This document shows positions 30,148 to 44,187 of a stretch of 64,000 bases of DNA, piece by piece. The stretch is from Macrostomum lignano (Eukaryota), in contig NIVC01000022.1 in the NCBI GenBank assembly GCA_002269645.1, forward strand, positions 1-64,000. Reading direction: 5' to 3'. The notes beneath the pieces are model-generated. The model searched no databases. It was not told where the DNA came from and saw only the letters and a list, made by a program, of their open reading frames with translations. Made by a program: the position numbers and the translations under genes. Position 1 is the stretch's first letter. Each line of letters begins with the position of its first letter.

Positions 30148-33100
30148 AGCGGCGCCCTCGCCCTCGCCCTCTTCGCCGTCGTGTGGCTGCCGGTCCCGCC
30201 GGTCCGCGCCGGCATCAGCCCAGCCTGGCAGTCCTGGTCCGCTCACGAGACGCAGTGCAGCACCACCTGCGGCCAGGGCGTCCGCTGCCGCCGCCGCGAC
30301 TGCGTCGACATGAACGACCCGAAGCTGGGCGCCATCAACTTGGACTTCTGCCAGGGCGGCGAGAAAGCCAGCAAGGAGTGCCTGCCCTGCCGGGCATACG
30401 TCATCTGCCCGCAGAACGGCGGCTGGGGCGAGTGGGGCGAGTGGACGACTGCCAGTTCAACGCCACCGCGGAAGCCGTCAAAACGGCTGAGAAGGCAGCC
30501 GCCGACTCCGCCGCCGCTCCCGTGGTCGGCGGCCCGGACGACGCCGCGAAGGTCGAGCAGGCGCGCGTCGACATGGCGTCGGATGCGAAGAGCAACATCG
30601 ACGGCCAGAAGTCGGGCGTGGCCATGCCGGCAAGGGGCAACGCGCTTGAGCTGGAAGAGGACTGTGGCAAGGTGCGGCTGCTGTCGTACCCTGGGGTTTG
30701 AGTTCTGGGAAGGAAAACTGGAGCTGAATCAAGCGGTTTCTCGTACGAGAGCTGTACATCCTGTGAGAGCTGTACATCCTGTGTGAGAGCTCTACATCTT
30801 GTGTGAGAGCTCTACATCCTGTGTGAGAGCTCTACATCCTGTGTGAGAGCTCTACATCCTGTGTGAGAGCTGTACATCCTGTGTGAGAGCTGTACATCCT
30901 GTGTGAGAGCTGCACATCCAGTGTGAGACTGTAAATCCTGTGTGAGTACTGTACACAGCTCTACATCCTGTGTGAGAGCTCTACTAAATCCTGTGTGAGA
31001 GCTGTATATCCTGTGTGAGAGCTGTACATCCTGTGTGAGAGCTGTACATCCTGTGTGAGAGCTGTACATCCTGTGTGAGAGCTGTACTAAATCCTGTGTG
31101 AGAGCTGTATATCCTGAGGTGCCGGGCGTGTTTTGATGTACTACACTGCACCTGACTCACCTGAGTCCAATAATGAGTAACTCTAACTAGCCAGCCAGCC
31201 TAACTAACCAAACCGGCCTCCGGTGTACGCTGCTCTGCGTACTTTCCCTCTCTCCCCCTTGACATGATAATATTCAGTAGTGATCGATGCTGAGCTTTAA
31301 GCCCACTTACTTGGTTGTCTTTTAAGCCTATATATTGGTCTCGCCACCTACCACCTCGTATCTCACGTTTATTGCAATATTTCGCTCGTCTCAAATACAC
31401 AACTTTGTACTTGACTCAAATCAAGCCCACGGGCGGCCTTGTCATCGTTTTCTGGGCGCGACTTGACATATCCAGTGTGAGTGGATGTGCACAAATTTCG
31501 AGAATTAATTGCCAAGAAACGCAATCATTTCAGATCACAAAATGCTTTGTTTCTAAACAACCAACGCCGTTCCGCAGGGCAGCCGCACCAGAGTTCGCCG
31601 CTGCGACAGACCACCGCCGGACTCCAAAGGCCTCCGCTGCGGCGGCGGCAGCCACGGCCGCCTGCAGAAGGAGGACTGCGAGGTGCCCTGCTCGGCTGAC
31701 ACCGACTTCCTGGCCATGGCCAAGGAGATGCTGGCGCAGGACTTGACGGAGACGCCCAACCAGCTGTTCTACGTGAACTACGGAGCCCCGGCTACGCTGG
31801 ACTGCGCTAACGAAGCTTACAGCCTGGCCCTGAGCAGCGTGAAGCCCTACCAGCACCTGCAGATCAACTGGCGCCGGAACAACGTGAGCGTGATCGCCCT
31901 GCAGACCCGGCTGCAGTGGTTCATGGCGCAGTCGGAGGAGGCCAAGGGGCTGTTGACCGGCTCAGACGAGGCCAGTAAAGCCGTCAGCCGGCACACGAAG
32001 CTAGAGATGGCGCAGGTGCGGAGCTTCGGCACCCAGCTGACCATCGACCCGGTGGATGCGGACAAGGTCGGGCTGTACGCCTGCTACATGGTGAGCCGCC
32101 GGTTTGGTCTGCCTCATTGAGCCAGCGTCACATGCTAGATAGCAGCGTGTCTTTCAGTTGCTAGACAGTAACGTGTCAGCTGTAAGGCTGTACAGTGTCA
32201 GCTGTAAGGCTGTACAGTGTCAGCTGTAAGGCTGTACTGTGTCAGCTGCAAGGCTGTACTGTGTCAGCTGTAAGGCTGTACTGTGTCAGCTGTAAGGCTG
32301 TACTGTGTCAGCTGCAAGGCTGTACTGTGTCAGCTGTAAGGCTGTACTGTGTCAGCTGTAAGGCTGTACTGTGTCAGCTTTAAGGCTGTACTGTGTCAGC
32401 TGTAAGGCTGTACTGTGTCAGCTGTAAGGCTGTACTGTGTCAGCTGTAAGGCTGTACTGTGTCAGCTGTAAGGCTGTACTGTGTCAGCTGTAAGGCTGTA
32501 CTGTGTCAGCTGTAAGGCTGTACTGTGTCAGCTGTAAGGCTGTACTGTGTCAGCTGTAAGGCTGTACTGTGTCAGCTGTAAGGCTGTACTGTGTCAGCTG
32601 TAAGGCTGTACTGTGTCAGCTGTAAGGCTGTACTGTGTCAGCTGTAAGGCTGTACTGTGTCGATCTGCTGCAAGGCTGTACTGTGTCAGCTGTAAGGCTG
32701 TACTGTGTCAGCTGTAAGGCTGTACTGTGTCAGCTGTAAGGCTGTACTGTGTCAGCTTTAAGGCTGTACTGTGTCAGCTGTAAGGCTGTACTGTGTCAGC
32801 TGTAAGGCTGTACTGTGTCAGCTGTAAGGCTGTACTGTGTCAGCTGTAAGGCTGTACTGTGTCAGCTGTAAGGCTGTACTGTGTCAGCTGTAAGGCTGTA
32901 CTGTGTCAGCTGTAAGGCTTACTGTGTCAGCTGTAAGGCTGTACTGTGTCAGCTGTAAGGCTGTACTGTGTCAGCTGTAAGGCTGTACTGTGTCGATCTG
33001 CTGCAAGGCTGTACTGTGTCAGCTGTAAGGCTGTACTGTGTCAGCTGTAAGGCTGTACTGTGTCAGCTGTAAGGCTGTACTGTGTCAGCTGTAAGGCTGT

Positions 33101-34450
33101 ACTGTGTCAGCTGTAAGGCTGTACTGTGTCAGCTGTAAGGCTGTACTGTGTCAGCTGTAAGGCTGTACTGTGTCAGCTGTAAGGCTGTACTGTGTCAGCT
33201 GTAAGGCTGTACTGTGTCAGCTGTAAGGCTGTACTGTGTCAGCTGTAAGGCTGTACTGTGTCAGCTGTAAGGCTGTACTGTGTCAGCTGTAAGGCTGTAC
33301 TGTGTCAGCTGTAAGGCTGTACTGTGTCAGCTGTAAGGCTGTACTGTGTCAGCTGTAAGGCTGTACTGTGTCAGCTGTAAGGCTGTACTGTGTCAGCTGT
33401 AAGGCTGTACTGTGTCAGCTGTAAGGCTGTACTGTGTCAGCTGTAAGGCTGTACTGTGTCAGCTGCAAGGCTGTACTGTGTCAGCTGTAAGGCTGTACTG
33501 TGTCAGCTTTAAGGCTGTACTGTGTCAGCTGTAAGGCTGTACTGTGTCAGCTGTAAGGCTGTACTGTGTCAGCTGTAAGGCTGTACTGTGTCAGCTGTAA
33601 GGCTGTACTGTGTCAGCTGTAAGGCTGTACTGTGTCAGCTGTAAGGCTGTACTGTGTCAGCTGTAAGGCTGTACTGTGTCAGCTGTAAGGCTGTACTGTG
33701 TCAGCTGTAAGGCTGTACTGTGTCGATCTGCTGCAAGGCTGTACTGTGTCAGCTGAAAGGCTGTACTGTGTCAGCTGCAAGGCTGTACTGTGTCAGCTGT
33801 AAGGCTGTACTGTGTCAGCTGTAAGGCTGTACTGTGTCAGCTGTAAGGCTGTACTGTGTCAGCTGTAAGGCTGTACTGTGTCAGTGCTCCCCCAACACCC
33901 GCAGGTGCTGGACGGCGAGCACTACCTGATGCGAACTTTCACCCTGCTCACGCGGCAGCTCACAGATAAGAGTTATCCCGAGCTGCAAACGGTTGTCATG
34001 GCAACCAACGCGGAGACCTTCATGGACGCCCAGCTGCCGTCAATGGAGGCGGCGGTGGTTCGGTGGTACCAGAACGGGCTGCCAAAGCGGGAGCACCTAC
34101 TGGCAGACTGGTACGAGAGGAACTGGACCCTGGCGCTGTCCTACGCGGACACCGGGGCCTGGGAGTGCTACCTGGTGCTGGACAGCCGGAACCAGTGGAA
34201 GACCAACGAGTTCAAGCTGTCAATCTCCAAGCAGCTGTTCTTCCTACAGAAGTTCAATGACGCCTACCTGGCCTACTTCATCGCTGGCTGCGCGCTGATT
34301 CTCTACGCCATTGTCGGCTTCCCCCTGGCTGTGGTGACGCTGAGGCAGCGCGAGGAGAACTGGATCACCGCCGAGGAGCAGCGCTGCATTGAGCACGTCA
34401 GGCAGCTCAACTATCTGTACATGGCGAGATACGTGCGCAGGATCTCTTGA
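30148..34450 (+). CDS. Type I membrane protein: signal-like segment, two TSP1 repeats, Ig-like domain(s), C-terminal TM; exons approx. 30148-30671, 31578-32090, 33905-34450; one apparent frameshift at ~30443
   Basis: WQSWS...CSTTCGQGVRCRRR and GGWGEWGEW...DCGK|GSRTRVRRCDRPPP (TSP1); LDC...INWRRN...LTIDPVDADKVGLYAC (Ig); YFIAGCALILYAIVGFPLAVVTL (TM). Confidence 0.75.
30745..31115. repeat. 20-bp intronic minisatellite (GCTGTACATCCTGTGTGAGA)
   Basis: Tandem copies. Confidence 0.93.
32165..33885. repeat. 22-bp intronic minisatellite (CAGCTGTAAGGCTGTACTGTGT)
   Basis: About 78 highly homogeneous copies. Confidence 0.97.
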
Positions 34451-34619
34451 TTGACTGGAGCTCCTGCCGTGTAGCTGCATGCTTGTTGCCGCGGGCTTCT
34501 TGATTTGTTGAACAAATTAATAAAAAACAGCTCAGCCCTCAGGTTTCAAATAGCAACCAGTAAGAACTGACTGACCACCGTGCCGTATTTTGATCCTTTT
34601 TAGGAGGATCTCCAGTAAG

Positions 34620-35322
34620 ATCTCCCAACAGGTGTCGAATCCCAATCACTGACATTCTTGAGTTCTCTTAACAGGTGTCGAATCCCAATCACTGACATTC
34701 TTGAGTTCTCCCAACAGGTGTCGAATCCCAATCACTGACATTCTTGAGCTCCCAACAGGTGTCGAATCCCAATCACTGACATTCTTGAGCTCTCCCAACA
34801 GGTGTCGAATCCCAATCACTGACATTCTTGAGTTCTCTTAACAGGTGTCGAATCCCAATCACTGACATTCTTGAGTTCTCCCAACAGGTGTCGAATCCCA
34901 ATCACTGACATTCTTGAGCTCTCCCAACAGGTGTCGAATCCCAATCACTGACATTCTTGAGCTTTCCCAGCTGTCGAATCCCAATCACTGACATTCTTGA
35001 GCTCTCCCAACAGGAGTCGAATCCCAATCACTGACATTCTTGAGCTCTCCCAACAGGTGTCGAATCCCAATCACTGACATTCTTGAGCTCTCCCAACAGG
35101 AGTCGAATCCCAATCACTGACATTCTTGAGCTCTCCCAACAGGTGTCGAATCCCAATCACTGACATTCTTGAGCTCTCCCAACAGGTGTCGAATCCCAAT
35201 CACTGACATTCTTGAGATCTCCCAGCAGGTGTTGAATCCCAATCACTGACATTCTTGAGTTCTCCCAACAGGTGTCGAATCCCAATCACTGACATTTTTT
35301 AGCTCTCCCAGCTGTCGAATCC
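34620..35322. repeat. 43-bp minisatellite (CTCCCAACAGGTGTCGAATCCCAATCACTGACATTCTTGAGCT)
   Basis: About 16 tandem copies without spacers. Confidence 0.95.
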
Positions 35323-36148
35323 CTAAAGTGATTTCTACTAAAACAGGTTTAATCTTTGGAACACTTGGTTTCAGAAATTCTTTGGCAGCGGACAGCTGGT
35401 GCGCTCAAAGCAGTCAGAGTACTGAAATTCTTCAATTTTCAAAGTACAAAATGATGAAAAATAAAAAAGGAGCAATGTTGCTTATTTTGGCATTGACTGA
35501 ACATTCGATATGTCCGCTCTAAAGAAAACTCACAAAATCGAGAGCAATGAAGAGACGCGCTGTGTATTCCGGTATGACACGAAATTGGCTGAATTTATAG
35601 CCAAAGTCTGGATAACAGCACGAGATTAAAGGATTTGACTTGACGTATAACGAGTAAAAGCCAGCAACTTGTGCCAGAAAACGCGATTGAAGAGGAAAAT
35701 AAACTCGAATACACTTTCAGAGGTCAGAGCCGATAATTCGGTGACGCCGCGGGAGCGAAGGGGCAACACAACTCAGTAGACACTGTACCGTATGAATGTA
35801 CAAGCCGTGGGAGCTGTGCAACTGGATCAGGGACTTCTAAATACTGACAGTCCCTGAACTGGATATGACTGGATCGGGGACGTTGCTTGACAATTGACAA
35901 GCCAGCACATGCACTGTTGCCATACTGTACAATGCAAGCTTTCATAAGAAAAATTAACGGAACAAATAATGGTTTCCGAATAGCAAAAGCACGCAGAAGC
36001 AGATCTATCTATCTATCTGGCTAAAGATCTCTCTATCTATCCATTTATCTATCTATCTATCTGTCTATCTATCTGTCTATCTATCTACAACGCCAACAAG
36101 AGCACAACAGTCTTAATCAATCGGTTCCACAACGAAGCAACCAAGCCT

Positions 36149-36862
36149 TCAGTCTCTGGCGCCCTGGATAATAGCCAGGATGAAGAGGAACAGGTTGATA
36201 ATATCCAGGTACAGGTTGAGGGCGGCAAAGATGTACTCCTCGGGCGACAGTGCGTACTTGTGCTTGCCGCCCAGCATCAGCTGGGTGTCCACCACCAGGT
36301 AGACGCTGAACAGCAGGGCTCCCAGGCAGGAGTAGGCCAGGGTGGCGAAGCGGGACTGGATGATGGCGCACAGGAAGCCGAACAAGATCAGCACGATGAG
36401 CAGCACAAACAGGATGCCGCTGAGCATGGTGAAGTCGATCTTGGTCTGCAGGGCGAAAATCGTCAGGGCCAGCACGACGAAGGCGGTGACGCCGACCGCG
36501 ATGAAGACGGCATCGGTGTCGAAGTGCGAGGAGATGCTGCCCAGCATGTAGCTCTCGCACAGGGTGAACACCAGCAGCAGCACCAGGTTGACCGGGAAGG
36601 CCCGCCTGGCGTTCTCGCAGCAAGCCAGCACCACCAGCAGCACCAGGGTCGCGACCAGGGCCACGATGTACAGCCAGGGATTGTGCTTGGAGTACTCCTT
36701 CACCGGCTCGCAGAACACGAATAGTGCGATAAAGCCCAGGGTGATGCCGAGCTGCAGGCTGAGCAGGCCGTACACCTTGCGGACGAAGCCTCTGCGCACG
36801 GACTCATCGGAGAACTCCATGTTGCTGATGAAACCGTCCGACTCGTAGTCGTATGAGGACAT
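36149..36862 (-). CDS. Protein lifeguard / TMBIM (Bax inhibitor-1 family)
   Basis: VRRGFVRKVY, multiple TM helices, DFTMLSG, YLVVDTQL and SPEEYIFAALNLYLDIINLFLFIL. Confidence 0.92.
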   Translation of the reverse strand: MSSYDYESDGFISNMEFSDESVRRGFVRKVYGLLSLQLGITLGFIALFVFCEPVKEYSKHNPWLYIVALVATLVLLVVLACCENARRAFPVNLVLLLVFTLCESYMLGSISSHFDTDAVFIAVGVTAFVVLALTIFALQTKIDFTMLSGILFVLLIVLILFGFLCAIIQSRFATLAYSCLGALLFSVYLVVDTQLMLGGKHKYALSPEEYIFAALNLYLDIINLFLFILAIIQGARD

Positions 36863-36894
36863 TGTGGAGCTGGCTGTGGGGTCGGTTGGCGCCT

Positions 36895-37335
36895 AATTAA
36901 TGCCTAATATAGTCTGCGCCAAGGCTAACTAAGGCCTAATTCAGCTGCGCATAGGCTAACTAATACCTAATTCAGCTGCGCATGGGCTAACTAATACCTA
37001 ATGAAGTTGCACCTGTGCTAACTAATACCTAATTCAGCTGCGCATGGGCTAACTAATACCTAATGAAGTTGCACCTGTGCTAACTAATACCTAATTCAGC
37101 TGCGCATGGGCTAACTAATACCTAATGAAGTTGCACCTGTGCTAACTAATACCTAATTCAGCTGCGCATAGGCTAACTGATACCTAATGAAGTTGCACAT
37201 GGACTAATGTATGCCTAATGAAGTTGCACCTGTGCTAACTAATACCTAATTCAGCTGCACATGGGATAACTAATACCTAATGAAGTTGCACATAGACTAA
37301 TAAATGCCTAATTAAGTTGCGCCTGGGCTAATTCA
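36895..37335. repeat. 31-bp minisatellite with alternating A/B units (62-bp higher-order repeat)
   Basis: CTAACTAATACCTAAT followed alternately by TCAGCTGCGCATGGG or GAAGTTGCACCTGTG. Confidence 0.88.
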
Positions 37336-37996
37336 AGCTTAATGAAAATTTCACCTCAGCAGATAGAGTTTTGCCTCAGAAAATAGCAGCAAAAATAACA
37401 TAACAAAGGAGCAGTTTGAACCCTTGCTGAGCCAGCCACGAGACTGCAGTTCGACCCAGTCCAGTCAAGCTTAGCACCTGCTTGATTTATTTTAACCTCG
37501 CGCAACTTCATTCTATACCACTCAGTCGCTCATTCTATATATTATTTTGCTAATAATCAAAAGATAGACGAAATCGGGAAGGCAGGCAGCTTCTCAGTCC
37601 ATTGAGTTAAGAGGTAATTTACTGCCTATAGTACTAGTAAGAAAAGTAGTGCTACATGAACTTTCTGGGAAAATGTACTTTTATCTAAGCTAAATTAGCG
37701 CAGAACTAAACAAACTAACTCCAGCTAGAGGGATGAATAAAAATGTTGCAAAACGCGCGCTCTGAGCCGCGGCAGGGCTGACACTCGAAGAGAACTAACT
37801 AATCCACAATAAGCAGTAACTAAATATAAACCTACCGATTCTAGATAAAAACTTCAAATGGCTGAGGCGAGTTGGACCGAGAGCAGTGCTAAATAATTCA
37901 TAACCCAGTTGTCAGTCAGTAAATAGCTATATAGTCATATTAAATATTCTAATATTATCCATCGGCAGTCGCAGATCTGAACTTCATCCCGGACGA

Positions 37997-40266
37997 TCAG
38001 TAGCGCTCCTTCACGAACTTCACGCCCTTGGCGATGTTCTGCTGCAGCTCTGGCATGGCGGCCTGCAGCAGCTTGGCCTCGAACTCGATCAGGTTGCCCA
38101 GGCCCAGGTTCTCCTCCACTCCGTCCCGGCCCAGCAGCAGCGGCGTGGAGAAGTACGGCGCCTCCGTCACCGTGGACTCCACGAAGGCGCACTCGATCAC
38201 GCCGCGCTTGCCGTCGATGGCCTGCAGGACGGAGTCGACGAATTTCTCGGCGGCAAACGCCATGGACAGCGTGGCGGAGCCGGCGCCGGCCTTGGCGTTC
38301 ACCACCTCGGTGCCCGCGTTCTGAATGCGCGTGGTCAGCGTCTCTCGGTCCTGCGCCTTGAAGCTCACGCTGGGCACCGCCTGGCTGATCACTGGGATGA
38401 TCGTGACGCCGCTGTGCCCGCCGATCACCGGCACGCTCACCTGCGAGTGCAGCGGTGGTGCTCAGCTGCTTCAGTGTCCACTCTACCGCCTCACCTGGAG
38501 TCTACCCCAGAGCCTACCCGTATCTCTTGAAGTCTACTTCCTTTTTTACCGTCTACCCAATCTCACTCGGAGTCTAACCGGTTCCCATCATTATCTACCC
38601 CATTCCCTCACCATCTACCCCATTTTCCTTCATCTACCCCATTTTCGCTCGTCTTTCCCATTTCCCTCATCTACCCCATTTCCTTCACTACCTACCCCAT
38701 TTCCTTCACTACCTAACCCATTTCCTTCACTACCTACCCCATTTCTTTCACTACCTACCCCATTTCCTTCACTACCTACCCCATTTCCTTCACTATCTAC
38801 TCATTTCCCTCACTATCTACCCATTTTCCCTCACTATCTACCCATTTCCCTCACTATCTACTCATTTCCCTCACTATCTACCCATTTCCCTCACTATCTA
38901 CCCATTTCCCTCACTATCTACCCATTTTCCCTCACTATCTACCCATTTCCCTCTCTACTTACCCGATTTCCTTCATCCACCCCATTTTCTTCAAATTCTA
39001 TCCCATCTCCCTTGTGCCCCCCAAGGACGCAGCAGACAGAGCCTCACCTTGGACACGTCCAGCCCCTTGGCCTCGGCCACGAAGGCGTTGGATCGCACAA
39101 TGTCCAGCGTGGTGACTCCAAACAGGCGCCTGGGATCGTACGCGTTGTGCTTCTTGAGGATCTCCGCTGCGATGGGCACGGTGGAGTTGACCGGGTTGGT
39201 CACAATGCAGATCATGGCCTTCGGGCAGGTCTTGGCCACGGCGGTGATCAAGTCAGCTACGATGCCCGCATTCGTGTTGAAGAGGTCATCCCGGGTCATG
39301 CCGGGCTTGCGCGGCACCCCGGCCGGGATGACAACAACTCGACTGCCCTTCAGGCAGTCCGACAGGCTGGCCGGACCGTCAAAGCCGCTGACCTCCGCCT
39401 TGGTGGAGATGTGGCTCAGGTCGGCGGCCACGCCCTTCACTCCCTGCGGATGTAGCGGGGGCAATTCGGTGTGAAGACTGAGGATCTGGCAGGCTGGCCC
39501 AGCAACTGAGGATCTGGGAGGCTGGCCCAGCTACTGAGGATCTGGCAGGCTGGCCCAGCAACTGAGGATCTGGCAGGCTGGCCCAGCAACTGAGGATCTG
39601 GCAGGCTGGCCCAGCAACTGACACTCTGGGAGGCTGGCCAAGCAACTGAGGATCTGGCAGGCTGGCCCAGCAACTGAGGATCTGGGAGGCTGGCCCAGCA
39701 ACTGGGGATCTGGGAGGCTGGCCCAGCAACTGGGGATCTGGGAGGCTGGCCCAGCAACTGGGGATCTTGGAGGCTGGCCCAGCAACTGGGGATCTGGGAG
39801 GCTGGCCCACCAACTAAGGATCTGGGAGGCTGGCCCAGCAACTGGGGATCTGGGAGGCTGGCCCAGCAACTGGGGATCTGGGAGGCTGGCCCAGCAAATG
39901 GGGATCTGGGAGGCTGGCCCGGCAACTGACACTCTGGGAGGCTGGCCCAGCAACTGAGGATCCCGGAGGCTGGCCCAGCAACTGACACTCTGGGAGGCTG
40001 AGGGTGGCATGGAAACTGAGAAACTGGTAAACAGCACTTCAACACAAATTGCTCTCCCTTCAGCAGGGGAAACGGGAACTCAAGCCGCTCACCTGAATAT
40101 CGTACAGAGCCAGCTGGCTGACCAGAGGCGACTGCTTCAGCAGCAGCGACAGAGGCTGCCCGATGCCGCCGCTGGCGCCAAGCACGGCCACCCTGGAGGC
40201 GAGGGAGCCGGTGGTGCCGAACTGACGGCGGCAGATGGTGAACAGGTTGAGAGCGCGGCTGGCCAT
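37997..40266 (-). CDS. MDH2: Mitochondrial malate dehydrogenase; exons 40093-40266, 39048-39443, 37997-38440
   Basis: [65 protein letters not shown]. Confidence 0.97.
39475..40000. repeat. 28-bp intronic minisatellite in MDH2
   Basis: GAGGATCTGGCAGGCTGGCCCAGCAACT tandem copies. Confidence 0.93.
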
Positions 40267-41262
40267 GGCTGCTGTTGATGAGGCGCTGGAAAGCTGCAAA
40301 AGAGAAATGGCAAGAAAAGTGCGGGTTTACCGGTATAACTGCAAAATTTTAGACCCATTTAGAGTCTCCCATCCACACTTCATCTATTATCTCCCACCAG
40401 CTTCCCCTGTGTCTTCCACCTGCTTCCCCTGTGTCTCCAACCTGCTTCCCCTGTGTCTTCCACCTGCTTCCCGTGTCACCTACCAGCTTCCCTGTTTCCT
40501 ACCAGCTTCCCTGTTTCCTACCAGCTTCCCTGTCTCTTACCAGTTTCTCTGTGTCCCATGCCAGCTTCCTGTCTCCCACCTGGTTCCCTGTCTCCCACCT
40601 GGTTCCCTGTCTCCCACCTGGTTCCCTGTCACCTACCAGCTTCCATGTTTCCTACCAGCTTCCCTGTTTCCTACCAGCTTCCATGTTTTCTACCAGCTTC
40701 CCTGTTTCCTACCAGCTTCCCTGTCTCTTACCAGTTTCTCTGTGTCCCATGCCAGCTTCCTGTCTCCCACCTGGTTCCCTGTCTCCCACCTGGTTCCCTG
40801 TCTCCCACCTGGTTCCCTGTCACCTACCAGCTTCCCTGTCACCTACCAGCTTCCATTTATACATTATAGACAAGGTCAGCCACAGAAACAGCACAAAATA
40901 AGGGCACGCAGAGCCAGATTGGGAAATTATTTCAGTGCTCCTAGTTCTTACTGGTCTCTCATTGATCATCATTGATTCGCTTTTTCACCAACAATTTATT
41001 AAAAGCTAGCTATTTTTTAATTCTAACACGGGGCTGACAGCTATTGAAAGGAGTTTTGGTTGGTGCCTGCATCAGCGCTTGCATAACAGTATGACGAAGA
41101 ATCATCCACAAAGATGGTCCACAACAAAGTAATAAAAGTACATTAGCGATTCCGCTATCCACAGATTGAAAAACCGGTCTAGGCTTAGAAAAGGCTACAC
41201 AGACAAACAATTCTATTGTTGCAGTAGTGAAATATTAGTTATTGGTGCGCCAGCCGGGCAGC

Positions 41263-41676
<414 letters not shown>

Positions 41677-41707
41677 CTACAGCTGCAATCGGAATTGAGG
41701 CGCAAAT

Positions 41708-42850
41708 AGGGATAATCTAGCCCCGGATTCTCATCATGGGGATAATCTAGCCCCGGGTTCTCATCATGGGGATAATCTAGCCCCGGACTCTCATCATGGG
41801 GATAATCTAGCCCCGGACTCTCATCATGGGGATAATCTAGCCCCGGATTCTCATCATGGGGATAATCTAGCCCCGGACTCTCATCATGGGGATAATCTAG
41901 CCCCGGATTCTCATCATGGGGATAATCTAGCCCCGGATTCTCATCATGGGGATAATCTAGCCCTGGATTCTCACTTTGGGGATAATCTAGCCCCGGATTC
42001 TCACTATGGGGATAATCTAGCTCCGGATTCTTGCTATGGGGATAAACTAGCCCCGGACTCTCATCATGGGGATAATCTAGCCCCGGACTCTCATCATGGG
42101 GATAATCTAGCCCCGGATTCTCATCATGGGGATAATCTAGCCCCGGATTCTCATCATGGGGATAATCTAGCCCCGGATTCTCACTATGGGGATAATCTAG
42201 CCCCGGATTCTCACTATGGGGATAATCTAGCCCCGGATTCTCACTATGGGGATAATCTAGCCCGAATTCTCATCATGGGGATAATCTAGCTCCGGATTCT
42301 TGCTATGGGGATAATCTAGCCCCGGATTCTCACTATGGGGATAATCTAGCCCCGGATTCTCACTATGGGGATAATCTAGCCCGAATTCTCATCATGGGGA
42401 TAATCTAGCTCCGGATTCTTGCTATGGGGATAATCTAGCCCCGGACTCTCATCATGGAGATAATCTAGCTCCGGATTCTTGCTATGGGGATAATCTAGCC
42501 CCGGATTCTCATCATGGGGATAATCTAGCCCCGGATTCTCACTATGGGGATAATCTAGCCCCGGATTCTCACTATGGGGATAATCTAGCTCCGGATTCTC
42601 ACTATGGGGATAATCTAGCTCCGGATTCTTGCTATGGGGATAATCTAGCCCCGGACTCTCATCATGGGGATAATCTAGCCCCGGACTCTCATCATGGGGA
42701 TAATCTAGCCCCAGAATCTCACCATGGAGATAATATAGCCCCAGAATCTCATCATGGGGATAATCTAGCCCCAGAATCTCACCATGGAGATAAAATAGCC
42801 CCAGAATCTCACCATGGGGATAATCTAGCCCCAGAATCTCACCATGAGAG
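41708..42850. repeat. 30-bp minisatellite (GGGGATAATCTAGCCCCGGATTCTCATCAT)
   Basis: About 38 tandem copies. Confidence 0.96.
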
Positions 42851-43239
42851 GAAAATCTATTTAGTTAAAAGCAAATAACCAAGCCAAAGGCGTTGAGATA
42901 GCCTGCAAAATGAGGCCGCATACTGGAACTCGCTCAACAATTGGCCAATCTTTACTGGGTGAAATATCCGTGAAGCTTTTACTAACATTCTCGTCCGCAG
43001 ATGCGGTGCTTAAAATTCTAATTGCCAAGCTAACAGCGAGCACAGGTTAAACTCAAAGGTGCCGGCCAGAGAACTCAGCAGAAGGACATCGGTTTTGCGT
43101 ACTTTAGTCTTCTAACAAACTGATACTAGTGACAAATAATTCGACTGTCTTGGGTTAATAATGCAAAGACCTGAAATCTATTACGTAAAATTAAGTTACC
43201 TGTGACTGTGATGGCTCTTTTAGCCACTCACTTCTGTAT

Positions 43240-44187
43240 TTCATAGCTAACTGGGCTAGATTAGCAATCCATTGTATTCCATAGCTAACTGGGCTAGATT
43301 AGCAATCCACTGTATTCCATAGCTAACTGGGCTAGATTAGCAATCCATTGTATTCCATAGCTAACTGGGCTAGATTAGCAATCCATTGTATTCCATAGCT
43401 AACTGGGCTAGATTAGCAATCCACTGTATTCCAAAGCTAACTGGGCTAGATTAGCAATCCACTGTATTCCAAAGCTAACTGGGCTAGATTAGCAATCCAT
43501 TGTATTCCATAGCTAACTGGGCTAGATTAGCAATCCATTGTATTCCATAGCTAACTGGGCTAGATTAGCAATCCACTGTATTCCATAGCTAACTGGGCTA
43601 GATTAGCAATCCATTGTATTCCATAGCTAACTGGGCTAGATTAGCAATCCACTGTATTCCAAAGCTAACTGGGCTAGATTAGCAATCCATTGTATTTCAT
43701 AGCTAACTGGGCTAGATTAGCAATCCATTGTATTCCATAGCTAACTGGGCTAGATTAGCAATCCATTGTATTCCATAGCTAACTGGGCTAGATTAGCAAT
43801 CCATTGTATTCCATAGCTAACTGGGCTAGATTAGCAATCCACTGTATTCCAAAGCTAACTGGGCTAGATTAGCAATCCATTGTATTTCATAGCTAACTGG
43901 GCTAGATTAGCAATCCATTGTATTTCATAGCTAACGGGGCTAGATTAGCAATCCATTGTATTCCATAGCTAACTGGGCTAGATTAGCAATCCACTGTATT
44001 CCAAAGCTAACTGGGCTAGATTAGCAATCCATTGTATTTCATAGCTAACTGGGCTAGATTAGCAATCCATTGTATTCCATAGCTAACTGGGCTAGATTAG
44101 CAATCCACTGTATTCCAAAGCTAACTGGGCTAGATTAGCAATCCACTGTATTCCATAGCTAACTGGGCTAGATTAGCAATCCATTGT
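43240..44187. repeat. 38-bp minisatellite (CATAGCTAACTGGGCTAGATTAGCAATCCATTGTATTC)
   Basis: About 25 tandem copies. Confidence 0.96.

Noticed and set aside
27892-30246. WD/GW-rich and PS-rich ORFs up to 685 aa
   Set aside because: Artefacts of a pyrimidine-rich 13-bp-based array; open on both strands.
34620-35322. 43-bp repeat array as CRISPR
   Set aside because: Units are contiguous with no unique spacers; it is a minisatellite.
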